Shown here piece by piece: positions 23,701 to 38,300 of a stretch of DNA of 64,000 nt (positions within the stretch are counted from its first letter, which is position 1; each line of letters starts with the position of its first letter). The translations under genes were made by a program, and so were the position numbers. The DNA is from Massalongia carnosa (Eukaryota), in NCBI GenBank assembly GCA_965645245.1, contig OZ287076.1, forward strand, positions 372,001 to 436,000. Direction: 5' to 3'. The notes beneath the pieces are model-generated. The model saw only the letters and a list, made by a program, of their open reading frames with translations. It searched no databases and was not told where the DNA came from.

Positions 23701-26700
23701 TATCTTATCGGGTGGGGGGGTTTTTCATGCCCTGAAAACGTTCGTCACGAGTATCCTTTTGCTTTTGCGTTGTTTGAAAAGGAGATTAGCAAATCTTTTC
23801 AACGGAGCGATGAGAAACATTCCGAAAGTTTTGACCATGACGAAATGGCGAACGGTTGACTTGCTCTCTTTGGAACCCTTTGAATAGATTGCCTTGAAAG
23901 AACTTGTTGTTATACACGGCAAGCGAGAACCGTTAGACCGAAGCCGAGGCTTTGGATGTTGCTTGCTGCTCTAACACGTTTTGTTTTATGTACTAACTTA
24001 GATGAAAAAAACCCATCTCCGACTATCGTTTCCTTTCGGATTTAGGCGTTTTTCACAATTCAACGAATTGTTCGGATTTCTTTTCCTTGATCGCCGCGAA
24101 ACACGACTTCCTCAAGAAAAACGGAAACAAAAAACGCGAATGCGGTTGTGTAAGGTTTGATGTAGACATATCTTTGACAACGAATGTTGGAACCAACACT
24201 TCAAGTTCTATTGATAGATCGTCGATTTTGAGTTCGTCGCCGTCGAAAGCACGTTTGAATTTTTCGTAGTGCGAGCGACAAACTCGAATAGATCTATGAT
24301 CATGCGCGAAACCGGAGTTATTTGGTAATTGTGCACATTCTTCTTCTACGAAACGGTTTGTTGTTGCGTTATTTCCTAGGGGTGAAAGCTAGTGATATAT
24401 TTGACAGTAATCTCCATGACGCATTGCCCCTTGAGTTTTTGGAACAAAAAATTAAATTTGATAAACCGCGAGCTTAAGATCTAAAGGGCAAAGGCTCTCC
24501 AGAGTCCTGGAATTTTCGTGGTGATGTTCATGAAAGATGTGGGGCATGATAAGGAGACTGGAATAGAAATAAGAGGACCCGTAGAGGGTCGTTGAGAAGA
24601 ATAAGGGGGGAAGATGGGTAAGGAAAGACCGAGATGTTCCAAATTCTTGCGAAGCATGGAGGGAGATAGGTATAAGACAAGATAGAGAGGAGCTAAAAAG
24701 AAAGAAAGAATAGAATAGAATAATAACTTATAAGGTCAGGAGAAAAGTATCTCGAGCGCTGAACCCCTCGGAGGTCCACCACGTTGACAAATTCGAAATT
24801 CTCTATTCACATCATGGACTCTTCTAGCTACTTTCAAGAGTCGTATTACTCTGTCCTCGATGATTTCCGAGATTTCCCAAAAGGAAAATGCCACTACTCT
24901 TCAGAGTTCCGCGACCGACGTGTGATTATCCTCTTGGTTGCTTGTCGAAACAGCAAAGCAGGGCCCCTTTCTTTCCCAATCAGTTCTTTTCCTTTGGCAA
25001 CGTCTGTTGAAGAAAGGTGAGTCGGTAAAAATACTCCGTGTATGAAAATCTAGCAATTCTCGACGAGAATTGCTGTAGTAATCTCTGCGCGGATTTTTGG
25101 AACTCGCAATGCAGGTGGATACAATAGTCTTACATTAGATTTAAAAAAAATTTTCATTCCCATATGAAATTACCAAATCCATATAAATCTTGACTGAAAA
25201 CCATGAAGTCTTTAAGGAATATCTTGCGCGATTCAAGTACTCCTCAGTGCCATATCCACTGGGTATATAACCCATCCGCGGCGCGCCCCACAGAAGACCA
25301 AATTGTTCATTTCCATGGCCTTTACATTATCAGTAGAGCGCCGCTAACAGGATTGTCTATATTCCTAACCGCAATGGGGAATTTCAGTAGCTATAGCCTC
25401 GAACAAGATCAGAAGTCGAAAATCTTGGATTTAGACTTCTAAGGATCCTTACACAAACATACTTGAGATGTCGATTATAAAGTTCAATGAAAAAGGCCAG
25501 AAAAAAGCATTGAAACGATCATAAGTCCCTTGCCATAGACATGAAACATGTTCTCTCTTATTTGTATCAGTGAGTTGCTCTGTGCAGTAGTTCTTAAATA
25601 CTTAAGTCAATTGTGAACTCGGCAAAAAAATAAATGTGATTGGGGAAGTTGCAAAGAAATAACTAGATGAAGAAAGCCTCTTTAGTTCGAGACAAGCTTG
25701 TAAATTAACTTAATCCCGTGAACGTGAGATAATCACTCTCTTGAATCATCCTCAAACTGAACCTTAGGCACCCGCAATCGTTCATCGCTTGCAGGGTGTC
25801 TTGAGAAAATACGATTCTTTCTCCTGTTAGTTTCCTGTGCGATCTCTCCTAAAGTTGCGGATATGGATACTATATTGATAATAAAAGACATCCGATGTTA
25901 ATCCTGTGTTCTCTTATCCAGAAAGGGAAGGGGGAGGTTAGGGTGAAGAGATGTGTTCTGTTGTTCTTCTTCCTCGTGCATCTTCAAGGCCTTGTGTGCT
26001 CATCTGGAGTTGTATTCGGAGCTGTCTGTGGTTGGTAATCTTATGCATGACGCCCTCTTCAGAGTTTTCGATTGCTATTCTTTTTGTTCCAGTGTTAAGC
26101 CCAAATTTATAGGGATGGAATCGTTAATACGTAAAACTAAGATTCACAGAGTTTTCAATAATTATCTGGTGCCGAAGCCATGAAAATGCATGGTTTCTGT
26201 CAGTTTGCTATTGCTAGCAGTTGATAGAAGCCGAAATTGCAATGTTGCTGATTGTTTGTAAAAAGTTTCGCGTTTTGAAACCTCTCAAAGTTTGTTTCTT
26301 ACTGTTAATCTGGGCTTGATCTCAATGCCTCAATCATCTGGAAAGATATCCGCCAGAATCATTCTCAAGGCGGAATGGCTTCATCAAAGTATAACAAGGC
26401 TGCCCATGAAACTCCATCATTTGCCGCTAGATTAGCTTTGTACTTGTTGGCTCCCACTCCTGAATTCACCTCTCGAACAAACTTGGTGGTTTTGTAAACA
26501 CTGCATGGGTCTGCTTTCTCCAGGGTATTTTAATTTTACTATCTGCAAGGCATCAGATAATTGGCTTTCGATTGCCAAATATTTCTTCCTGCAATTCCTC
26601 GATCAAAAGATAAGCGGTCCCTTATCTTATCTTTTCATATATATGATCAAAGATGGAAACCCTGCGCACAACCCCTTTTTGGCCTTGTGATGCAGCTTGA

Positions 26701-29700
26701 AGCAAGGCGGAGCTAAACAGCACCCAAGGGAACCAAAGCAGTATGTCCGAGATTTATCCCCAAGATGAATCCTTTTTCTGCTCTGGCCTTGTTCTTAACT
26801 CTACCATTTATTCAGGCTTAAGAAATAAGTATGCGTCAACCCCTCTCTCCCTATTCCTTTCATATATGACCGTTCAAAAAAATAAGAGGGATCACATGAG
26901 AGACATGTACAAGACGTATATAAAGCTGGCGTATTTATTGATAGAGAATAGACCTCTCTTGGATTTTTATCTATTATAAAGGCGAGGGGTACGTTGACCT
27001 CTTTCATTGACAAAAAGGCCTTATAATCAGGGAGTTTGGTGATATAGGGGGCGCTAGACGCAGCTCGTATCTTTCTATATGTATAATAAGGAGACCTGTA
27101 AACACGCATTAGTATTATTAACAATTCGAAATCAGTTCCTAGTCTAAGAGTTCATCAATTAGAGAATGTTTTAAAGACTCGTAAGCAGATTAATGATGGC
27201 CTATTATCGGCGGCACTTATTTTTTTTGTTTATCGGTTTGCATAGTAAATTGGTTTGAATCAAAACGTTAGACTTAACCTCGCGTCACATGAATGTTTTT
27301 TCCCCTTTCGGCTTTGCACAGTGAGTCGTTGGACACATTGACCGCAAGACACCATCCCTTATCGCACAGTGTACATAAAACTCTATGCATGAACAAATAT
27401 ATCCTATTCTCTCTTCTGCTATTTCGATAAAAATTTTCCGAGAAAGCTTAAAAGCCCGTTCTCTGAATATCCTGAATCGAGAGAATTATAGATTAGAGGA
27501 AGGCAAGCCGACCTTGAAGCGCGTTTGAAAGAACCTTGAAACAGCTTATGGCAATGACCGATTAATATCAAGGAGTTCTGCATACCTAGATAATAGCTGG
27601 TGCGGCGTAAAAACGTGTGGATATCTGTAATTAATATAGATTAAAGTGAGAACTAAATAACTAGTCCCTCTCGGGACGCGGCAAACGAGCAGATTAGATT
27701 CATAAGTAAAAACATATTTTTGCATATTGGCAATCTCAATTATCATGAGAACGTTCATGAGATTGAGTAAAAAGGCGCGGAAGATTATTGTTTTAATATT
27801 AATTTGTTGTACAACTCGAGCAATGTGTCCACGGTCTTAAAACTAGCCCTTGAGATGATCGTTCGATGCTCAAGTTCTCTGTTAGCCACTCCGTTTCGAA
27901 AGACTTTAATAGCTTTCGGGCATTTTGTCGCGCGTCAGGGCTCTTGGTTGACGATTGCAAGCAATTTTAGCTGGATTTGTCTTTTCGAGTTGCCGATTCG
28001 AAGGCTTTGACATGCATGTTCTCTGTCTTAGGACCACTTTCCCTTCTTCTTTCAATAGATACATAAAGTTACTTAAATGCCAGCCCATGCATAATGTCTC
28101 CACTCTCCTTGATCTTTGAGACAGTAAGTACCCTCCTAAATTCTGGGGAGGAAGTCAAGATGACTCTTAATAGCTCAAAATTTAATATATTATTTAAATC
28201 CGAAAATGGCAAAAATTGGCACAGTGGAGTATTTAGTACAGGTAGAGTCTCTAACTTAGACATCGCGCCAAAAGCTTGACGCGTGGAAGAGAAAGGGTGG
28301 GTCGTGTTGTTTTATAAGGAATAGCTGGATAAATTTATAAAGAAGATGTATCTCTTTAAAGCTCTTTATCTGGAAAGGTCGGAGAAAACATAAACAGTTC
28401 TTCCGCTTCTCAGATAAACTTGGTTCAGCAACATTAACCTGGAGTTGAGAAGATAAACGAGGCCGTCAGCGTCGGTGCTCCCAAATGCGTTAAGTTATTT
28501 CAAGGATATCAGTATCAAGTTATGATTCCTTGTAGCTTACTCGCCGCTAAGGTTCTCTAGAGATGGCTCATGCGAAAGCCTTTACAGATAGGTTCCCAAG
28601 GACAACTCCCGTGTTCATGGGGTACCAACAGATATGATTATTATCGCATACAGTTCTAGCGGCGAGAGCAGTCATATTCAGTTGATTTGGTGACAAAGCT
28701 TCGAGGAAAAAGTTAATCGGGAGAAATCCTATAGGATTTGAAGGTATCATAATTCTTTTTAAAAGATATGTAGGTGGAACGAGTCAAGATTTGAGTTCGA
28801 ACAAACGAAGCAGAGAAAAAAGGGCCCTGAAGGCATTGACGCGGGCAAAACAACCACTTGATGTATATCCTAAGTTTCGTTAGCGAGCCCTTGAGCATAG
28901 CATATCCGGACCAGACAGGCAGTTCTAGACATTTGAGTGATGGAGACTAACTCATATACGAGTAGAGGGAGACCCATAGACCTCCGTCGGAGGCGGTCAG
29001 GGCGATTTTAGGTCTATTAACTCGAATTCAGAGAAAGACAGCATCTACAGCTCTCTTGGTCGTAAAAATTTCATGCTACTTTGCGGTCATCTAAATTTGC
29101 TTCTTCGAGCCAGGAGACCCAGAGCGTAAACGCGAATTCTCCCATTTGCTCCTGCAGTATGAGAAGGGTAAAGCTGCACGTCAGCTCCATTCCTTGGTTT
29201 TTGGCCTTTGAAAGATTGGGGGGAACGAGAACAAGAAGAAGAGGTATAGAAGTCATGGAGAACTCGCTTGGTTTTTAATCTCTGAAAGATTGGCTGAGAA
29301 CGAGAACGAAAAAAGAAAATTATGTATAACTTGCTGGGAGGAAAAATACGTGCAAAATAACTACCTTTCCAGGCGCCTTGAAGCCCCAACTAAAAGCCTT
29401 GGGCCAGGATCGTAACACCGTGAAGGGAAAAAAAAAGTGTAGCTTTTGGTGTCTCGCTATTAGCTGAAGATTTATAATGATCCAGAAGCGATCAAGCACT
29501 ACCCCAAGGATTTGGAAGAGGACGTCTCGGGATCCTGAGTTGCGTCCTAAGAGCAGGTCACGACCGACTCTTCTCTCGAAGTGCTGTACCCGCAGATACT
29601 TCTCCGCTAGCGAGACGTATAATAGGGCTTGACCACAATCGCCTAGGCGAAAGCGAATTTCGCCGGATCAATGTGGTCCGCTCGAGCCACAGCAGCTATT

Positions 29701-30971
29701 CCGAGTAAGGCGCTTGAAACTCCCGAGAACTACTGGGATACCTCCTCAAGCAGTCGGAAAGGCCTCATTAAACGGAATTAGAGCTCACATTCTTCTTTTC
29801 GACTATCATTGTCCGCATTTCTGCTGCCATCACCACAAAGAAATACACGGGCATCACCAGTCTCTGCCCTTAAACGGGTCAACTTCGATTCTTCTCCAGC
29901 AACAAATAGGCGCATCTTCTGACATGGGTGGAAGGATAATAGAGCATCGACAGCTCCTGGATGTCTTGATATTAGACCTCCCCAAGTTATAAATATATAT
30001 AGTACTTAGAGATGCGATGTCTCCAGTCCACGGTCTCCAAGGTGGTTTCTCATCCTCCTTTAAAGAACTTATGTATGTTTTTGGATATGATTTTTGATCA
30101 TGTATTGATCAAGAAGGTAAATTAAAGATGTCATGGAAAAATTAGTGAAAAGCTGAGATCTATTTATTATATATTGCAGATATGAGACAGATATTTCTCC
30201 CACTAGTTTGAATGTCGTTTTCCTGGAGGAATCGAACTTCTGAGGCTGATCAAGGCCAGCATACCGAATGCTGTCAATAAGCGTTGCCAAAGCTATGGGA
30301 AAGCACAAAATAATTCTTATTATAAACTCGGTTCTCCTTCGCCGGCAAGCTGAATTTCAAGAATATAGCGGTAAACTACCATGTCCTCTGGTGGTCTAGA
30401 CTTGACGTATCTATGAGGATGTTGACTGGTACCGGTTAACACTAAGACTAGCAACAGCCAAATTGGCAATCCTGAAAACTCGTCTTGCACTGGAGCGCCG
30501 CATTACCATTTTCTGGAGTCTGCTTATATCCTCGCAAGGAAGATAACTTTGTGTCGAAAGCATGGCAGGGGCTCTTTTCTAAGAGCCCGGCTGATGGGCG
30601 TTTTTCCTGCCGATATCACTCCCCTCCCTCCGAAGATAATAGCAAAATTTAGACAGGTTCTAGCAGATGCAACAGACAACTAAACAACGGGAACAGGCCT
30701 AGCAGCGAAAGTCAACTTTCCAAAACCAGAAGGAATAAGTCTAGGGTCCAAAACGCCATTCGTAGTAAGTCGGCTGGTGCAAATCAGCTTACACAAGCAA
30801 GCCTGACATAAGCAGCATACTCGACAACCGATTTCTTTCTGCTTGATTAAATCCCGATAAGCTCGGAACATACTTCCCCATGTTATACTTGTAGTTAGTA
30901 TGACGAAACGTTGTCTAAAGGTGGGGCTATAGTATGCAGGCCCTATCGCCCACTTCTTTGAGGATCACTGA

Positions 30972-31021
30972 TAAATGTAAGGATAACTAGTCACGCCGTT
31001 GACTAGTTATTCTTACATTTA
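30972..31021. repeat. 50-bp inverted repeat (22-bp arms, 6-nt loop)
   Basis: TAAATGTAAGGATAACTAGTCA cgccgt TGACTAGTTATTCTTACATTTA; 21/22 match, and the mismatch is G-U compatible. Confidence 0.9.
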
Positions 31022-33594
31022 AGAAAAGAAAAATTAGCCATACTTGTCGGTATACGTCGTCGGGCGCCCAGCCCCAGTAGAATAATCCAGCTGTGGACGA
31101 GTTCTCGTCCAAGAACCGAATTCTTTGTAGCGTCCACGTACTATCACCACGCATATTCGATTAACCCACAATGATACTGGAAACAGTTGTTAATCGTGGT
31201 CGCCTCAAGTCCATTGATGTCGCTGATTTTTCCAAGTCCCGGGACTTACCATCCGGAGGACAAGGAGCCTATAAGTCACTGTTATGGTCGTAAATCCCCA
31301 TAGTAAAAGACTGTCAAGTCACCGGATTCACCTGACTTTCCGGTATTAAATGAGTTCTTGTAGAAATCTATCTGGACTGATTGAAGATAAAGCTAAGATT
31401 ATTATCATCCTGTAGGTATGTTTAGAATATTTTGAAGCCGACATTTCTAGACTAAAGACATTGGAGGTCTCAAGAACAAAAAATCTTTTGAATTTCCAAA
31501 AACCACCTTTGCTTTGCGTAATTTGATTAAAGTTAATCGGAAAATCGAGATGCTTGATGCTCGAGATGACTGATGTATGTAAGTGAAACAAGATTTGTGG
31601 CACTTGAAGCCGAGACTGTGTCAATATATGTAAGCAAAACAGCTCCCACAGGGCTAATCGCCCTTTCCTCAATAACGATAGAAGATGAGTCACTAGTCAT
31701 GATAGCTACAAAAGGCAAGCTTGGCGCACACTTCGTAGATGATAAGATCAGGACTGATATTACTCTTCCAAGGGATGTAGTGATTGTGAAAAGTTTTGGA
31801 TGTCCTTGGATTTTCAGGCGAAGTAGATGTATATTTCTATTCTTGGCTCGTCCGTATATTATGTCTCTTTTTCCAATTCGGCCACAAATGTTTCTTTGGT
31901 CCTTGCTTGCTAAGAACACATACAAGCAACCAGAAGGCAGTTGTGCTCATCAGATGTGTGTCGAAATTACGAAGGACTCTGGGGTGAAAGTCTGAAACCT
32001 TTCATATAAACCTTCGCTGGCAGATGAAGAGCCGAATCTCTTGGGTTCAAGACGATTTTGTGCAAATCTGCAAAGAAAAGAGCTCAAGGGTTCTTCCGTG
32101 GGTTGTAAGTAGTGAAAAAAAAGGTTAGGATATAAAGTATAGGCATCACGATTAGAAATTTGGATAATGGTGCGTAGAAAGGCAAGCGACGAGGGGTTTA
32201 AGAAAGGGACTTATTCCGGAAATTTGTGAACTCTCGTTAGCAGTTAAGGCACAAGGATCTAAAGTTCTCAGAAGTTTGGGAGCCTTTTCATCGAATGATT
32301 TTTTTCGTCGGACTCTGTGTGGTATATGGATTTGCCTCTTTTGAATATTTTATCCAACATTAGGTGCAGTGATCAACTCCATGACCGTTCCCCTGACCGC
32401 CATCCACCCCCTCTTCGCCATTTCCGCAGATTGTGATCTAGGTTTCGGCGAATGAAGTTACAAGGGGTTTTTGATTTGATAGATTTTTTAGGGAGACCAA
32501 TATAAAGGATAGATTCAGAGAGTCGATTTGCTGCACCATCTGCTTTTGCAGAGGATGTGTAATATTCCATAGCTCTTATGGCGTCACGCAATACACGCTG
32601 AATAGGTGTGTTCTCCGAACCCAGACGTATCGGCTTTCTATTGTAGTTTAACATGCTGTTCTGGAAAAACAATCGAGGCTTTTTCCAATCAAAAAGTTGT
32701 TGCTTTCGCTAGCAAAGGCAGCCACATAGTGCCGAAAGATAAAGGTAATAGGTAATATTGCCTAGTTGTTATTGCATCGGAATCATCGTAGCTAACGTGC
32801 TTCAACTATACCATGCTCGATGCATAAGATTTGTAAAACGGGCTTTAATGGAAAGGATAACTAGCCGTGTTGGGTTTGACCAACCTGAAGTTGTTCATGT
32901 GTCTAATTTGGATAACCTTTCTCCATGATATAGTATAAGATACATCAGCATCGATACGTTGAGTAGTTATAGCGTCAAGAGGAAGAGATGTTTGCAGTAT
33001 GTCCTAGTTTAAACTGCCTACTTGGAATGCAGAAGAAATATTTGTGCAAATAGTTGCGGGGATTAAAGGTTCAAGAGAAGAAAGGAAAGGAAAGAAAATT
33101 AAAGGAAGAAATCGACGAGATATGGCTAAGAGGGGAAATTCACGGCCTTGATCTACAAGATGGTGAATTCTTATCTTACCGCTGTTTAAGTGAAGAAGTA
33201 TGAGAAATGACAGTGAGATAGAGCCTTCAGTCATGAAATTTCAGCAAGATGATAAGTATATTTTAATATAAATGAAGCGAAATGTTTGAGAGAGTAGAAT
33301 GCTGGAGTTTCGAAGGGAAAAACGAGGAATGCTTTTTCCCCAATTTTGCTCTTTCTAAGGTTCAGCATCACACACCTCATCATCGTCATAGGTTCCAGTC
33401 TCCTCAAATGCTGCAACCAAAGTAGTTGTAAGGGGCCTCACTGCTTTCATAAGCGTTGTCGGAACTTGTATAGGAATATGGTATAAGTTGTCCGTTGTCA
33501 AACCGGTATGTGCAGGGAAAAATTTACTAGTAATTGAGACCGAGTAAGTGGAGATGGACTGGTTGGGAGTAAAGGAAGCGCCCGCATCTCCCGT

Positions 33595-35057
33595 TTAAGT
33601 GAATAAAGACATTGTAGGCGAAGTAATTCTAACTACACTCGAGACGGGTGTGGGCTCAAACTCCTGGACTTGAATTTTCGCAGGCGAGGGGCTAGCCCTT
33701 GTGGCCATACTATACCCATTGGGAGGGGAGGGCGTAGGTAGTGCTGTGCTGTATCCAGCAGCCTTGGTGAAGGCGGGTGGCGCATACAAGGCGGGGGAAA
33801 GCGAACAAGGCGGACTGAAGTTTATGCTGGATTTAGATGCAAAGCATTTTGTAAGAAGTGGCTGGTCGGTGAATCCGGTTCTAGGGGTGCCGTTCGGTGT
33901 GAGCGATAGGATGTACGTAGGATCGAAGGAGCCGGCACCCCACCCAAGGTAACCCAAATAGACGTCCGATTTGTCATCCAGGTAGGCAAGTGCCTTGCAG
34001 ACGTCTATTGCACATCTTGTGTCAGGCCCTGAGACAGAAGAAGAAATTGCAATTTCTTGGGCTAAATAGACATGTCTTACTAATAAGGCAGGATGGGTCA
34101 TTACTACCCCCGCCAGTCTCTGAAAGAAGGGCAAGACGATTGTTCTTTCGTAAATATTTTGCAAGAGGTACAAAAGCGGCATCGATCCCGCTATCGAGGT
34201 ATTTATGGATGTCGAAGATCAAGTTGGTAGTAGGTCCGTCAAGATTGACGAATCTACTCAGGGCAGGAACGGATCCGGTAGGAAACTCTGCCACATTGGT
34301 ATATTCATTGCCAAATCAACTCGAGGCCCCGGAACATTATACGAGATACTACCTGGCAGTAGGATATAGTGGGAGGTAGCGCCAGCTTTGTGGATAGCTG
34401 TTACTGCCGCCTGGACAGTTTCCGCCCATACATCAATATCAACTAGATGAACGATGAGCGAGAGGATTTCAGAGACGGGTACTACGCTTCGTACTTTCAT
34501 GCGGCTCGTTCATTATACCCATGACCACTTTGGGTTCGGCTGCATATTTTATCGCCAGTTGGCTCCAAAGACTGATAAAGTCGCTTTTCACAGGACCTTC
34601 TTAGCCAATAATCTTCCCATTCCAACGTGCATAGTTGTGGATGTCGATAACGCAGTGACTACAAGTAGCCAAGCAAGCCTATACAAGAGCGTCATATCTG
34701 ACAAGGTTAGGAGCGTGCAGTTCCGCACCGCGGATGTTGTTTCTAGAAACTGCCATGCGACGGGGAGACGGTAAGCATTGAACCCATCCTTTTTGGTAAA
34801 ATGGTTCATCTGAGGGGCTCCGTCTTTTCCGCCATATTGTTGTAGGGGTGGGACAACCAAGGAGGTTGTGCAAATTCACTACACCCCATAATCAGCTTTT
34901 GCTGAACTCGCTAGATATAAGAACAACACACGTCTACTGCACAGCCAAAATCAAACCCCGCCACGTTCACACCAGTCCAGGAAACAGCAGCGAAGCCCTT
35001 GCCCAAGCTCAAAGCAACAATGCGTAGTAAGCTAAACAGAGTCTTAACCCAAAACAC
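33595..35057 (-). pseudogene. GH5 endoglucanase (Cel5A/EGII-like) pseudogene
   Basis: Signal-like N-terminus then GVNVAGFDFGC, QMNHF, AYRLPVAWQFL, IDIHNYARWNG, GIMNEPH, IFDIHKYLD, SETGGG, WGAGSFD; frameshift near 34745, TAG 34679-34681, TAA 34601-34603; no clear ATG. Confidence 0.9.
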
Positions 35058-35362
35058 TTAAACTATTCACTAAACTAGCTTAGCTTTAGACTAATAATAT
35101 ACTAATCTAAATAGGTTTAGCTGTGGCGAGGGCAAGGCAGGTCTGAGGTACTAAGGCAATACGAGGGGTCCTCAGGGTCCATCTCGGCTAGAGGGAGTGT
35201 AGGTACCTTGTACAGAGTACTCCGTACTGTACTTTGCTTTTCCTTAGGCCATCGGGTGCGGCGGGTCTGAAACATTAGATGAGGCTTTCCATGCCGGTTA
35301 CAGGGGAAGTATAACACGATTGATGACTTATAGATGGTTATTTTTTCAGCAGCGTGGGGTTA

Positions 35363-38300
35363 CTCGTATTCACCCCCATTTGCAACACACCCCCATTTGC
35401 AACACGCTAGTTAGTAAGCACCCGCATTAAAGTCCGCTAACTCCGGTATATCAAATTTTTTTCATTTCTCCCTCTTCTATCTGCATTGTCAACTTGTCAT
35501 GGAATTACCTCGCACCCTCCCACGTTTCCTGATCGGGTTAGTATTTAACAGGCTCTCTTGCCGTGAAACCTGCCCTGCATGTTGAATAGAACCGTGGCTC
35601 GTTATTCCGAACTATCCTGAAAACCTCACCCCATGTGTTCAGACCTTCTTCCGCTGCCTTCAGTGCACTCCCAAACTCCTACATCCCGAATCCAATCTCA
35701 ACGTCTCCACTATCCAAGTCTACGACTGGGATTGCCCAGCAGAGAGAGATTGCTTCGGCATGGAGAAAGGCGGAACAGGTCAAAGCGATCATGGTTAGGA
35801 AATTAGAACGAACAGAGATGAGGGCAAGTCAAGAATAGGGGAGTTGGAAGCCATGGCTATAAAACCTATGTGGTTTCTCAGGTGTTTGGAGCTCTTCGTC
35901 GGACGTCTTGTATACTATCCCTAGACCTAGCTTTCTAATAGTAACTCTTGCATATCTCCCTATCTGCACCTTGTCCGTGACACAACTCAATTAATTCATT
36001 ATGAACTCAGCAGACGAACTGCCCAAAGAGGAGCGCATTCAGCTTGCTATTGCTGCTTATAGAGAGTCATTTAATGACTGGGAAGCCGGTCCCAAAGCTT
36101 TCGAAGACAAGCCATCCGTTCGAAAAATCGCCCGTAAGCATGGTATCATTCATTCCACCCTTACTAGACGACTTGCAGAAACGAAAACTCATAAAGAAGC
36201 TGCTCTATTGCAGCAGCGATTACTTCCGGAGGAGGAATCCGCTCTCGTGGACTGGACAATACAAATGGAGGCATGGGGCTGGCCTCCTCGTGTAACACAA
36301 CTTCGCTTTATGGCGTTAGAAATGCTGATAAAGCGAGACGATCGCAACGATTTGGGTATCAATTGGGTGAGCAAATTTTTATCCCGTCATAAAGAGTTGG
36401 ATACTGTGTTTTGTCAGGCATTGGACAAGGAAAGAGCTTTAATGCATAATGCGGAAATGCTCAATCAATGGTTTCAGCTGTACGCAAAGAATTTTAATCA
36501 ATACAAATTCAATGAGGAGGACTGCTACAATATGGATGAAAAAGGATTTGCTATGGGACTAGTGGGCAAGCTCAGAGTAATTTGCTCTAAGCATGATCGA
36601 CCAGCATTATTGACTCAATGCGGTAATAGAGAATGGGTTTCTCTGATCGAATGTGTATCTGCTGATGGAGCGGTTCTTAAACCATGGGTTATTTTCAAAG
36701 GTAAACAACAGCAAAAGGCCTGGCGTTCATTTATCAAAGAAGGTGGTCACATTGCTCTGAGTGAGAATGGATGGACAAACAATGAAATCGGTCTGGATTG
36801 GTTAAAGCAGTGTTTTGAACCGGAAACACGAAGCCGTTTAAAAGGTCGCTATCGTCTTCTTATTCTCGATGGACATGCTTCTCATCTTACTTCAGAAGCG
36901 ATTCAGTTTTGTAAGGAAAAAGACATCATTCTTTTATGTCTTCCTTCTCATTCAACGGACATGCTTCAGCCTTTAGACGTTGGTGTTTTTCATCCATTGT
37001 CTACAGCCTATCGGGTGGAACTGGAGAAGTATACTAGACTAGGAGTTGGTTATTCAATTGATAAAGCAGACTTTCTGCTTCTTTATCAAAAGGCTCGAAA
37101 CAGAGCTTTATCCACTCAAAATATTCAGCATGCCTGGTCCAAAAGTGGGTTGTTTCCATTCAATCCTGCTATAGTTCTTCAAAAACTTCCTAGTCCACCT
37201 CATCCTTCTACGCCTCCGAAAATGACAGTCACGAGTTCAAATGATGTCTCTGTTTCAGTGGCATTTACTCCAGCAAATGCTGATCAAGTCAATACTTTGA
37301 TGGAGCAATTGACTGACAATGACTCAAATCAATTGATTCTCGACAAGCTTGGAAAGGCCTGCAAATCCGCGTTGGCAAGCAGTCATCTTCTCAGGATTAC
37401 AAACGAAGAACTTCTTGTAGCTGCTCGTCGTAAACACGAAAGAGCAAATCGAGCGAAGGGACATTATGGTACTGCTAGAATCATGAATTCGGAGGTTCTC
37501 GAGGAACGAGAGCAAAAGCTAGCTAGCAAAGAAAAGGAAAAGATTGATAAACAAATGACCAAAGAGTTCAATCTTTTGGTGAAATCTTTCAACAAACTCA
37601 GTCCCGATTTATTCATGGAGTCAAAACAACGCAGTCCCATCAAGAAAGCTCTTCAAAGGCCTCCGATGCTTCCTCCGCCTTCGGGTTCAATCATACTTCT
37701 CTCGCCCAGTCCTATCAAGAAGCGATCAAGAGGAAATTCATTGCCAAAAAAGACTTTCATGATTGGGCCGGAGGCGAATAGAATGAAAGAAATGCGCATC
37801 AGTCGAAGTGGTAGGACAATAAAGCCGTCGCAAAGGCTTGATTAAAGAACTAGAAACTCGCCTCGTACGCATGATCCTCCTCCTCCTAGCCAATAAAAAG
37901 TCTCTGTACGTATAAATAGTCCTTTCACAAGTTCATTTGCCCTGAGTTTATCTGTCAAATGATGTTGATGGGACTTCAGGACCTATCCTAAAAATTCCCT
38001 CCGATCCAACACAAGCAACGCCTTCTTGATCAACAGTATCGCTTTTTCGAAGCTCAAACTGGAAGACCTCGTTGATTAGAGGACATCGATTGGTCAAGGG
38101 AAAGTTATTAGGACAGTCTGCTGCTGTCAGACAGCTGGAAAGTGGGAGTGAAAAGATGAGGTTTAAACGTACATACAAAGCTCAATTCCAGTTCTTTTGA
38201 TGCAGCCATTGGGTTATATTTAAGGTCAATAAATGTTCAGATTATTCCGAACCGACTTCATCAGTTGGCTTGCAATTACTAGCAATTTTGGTGGCATGCG

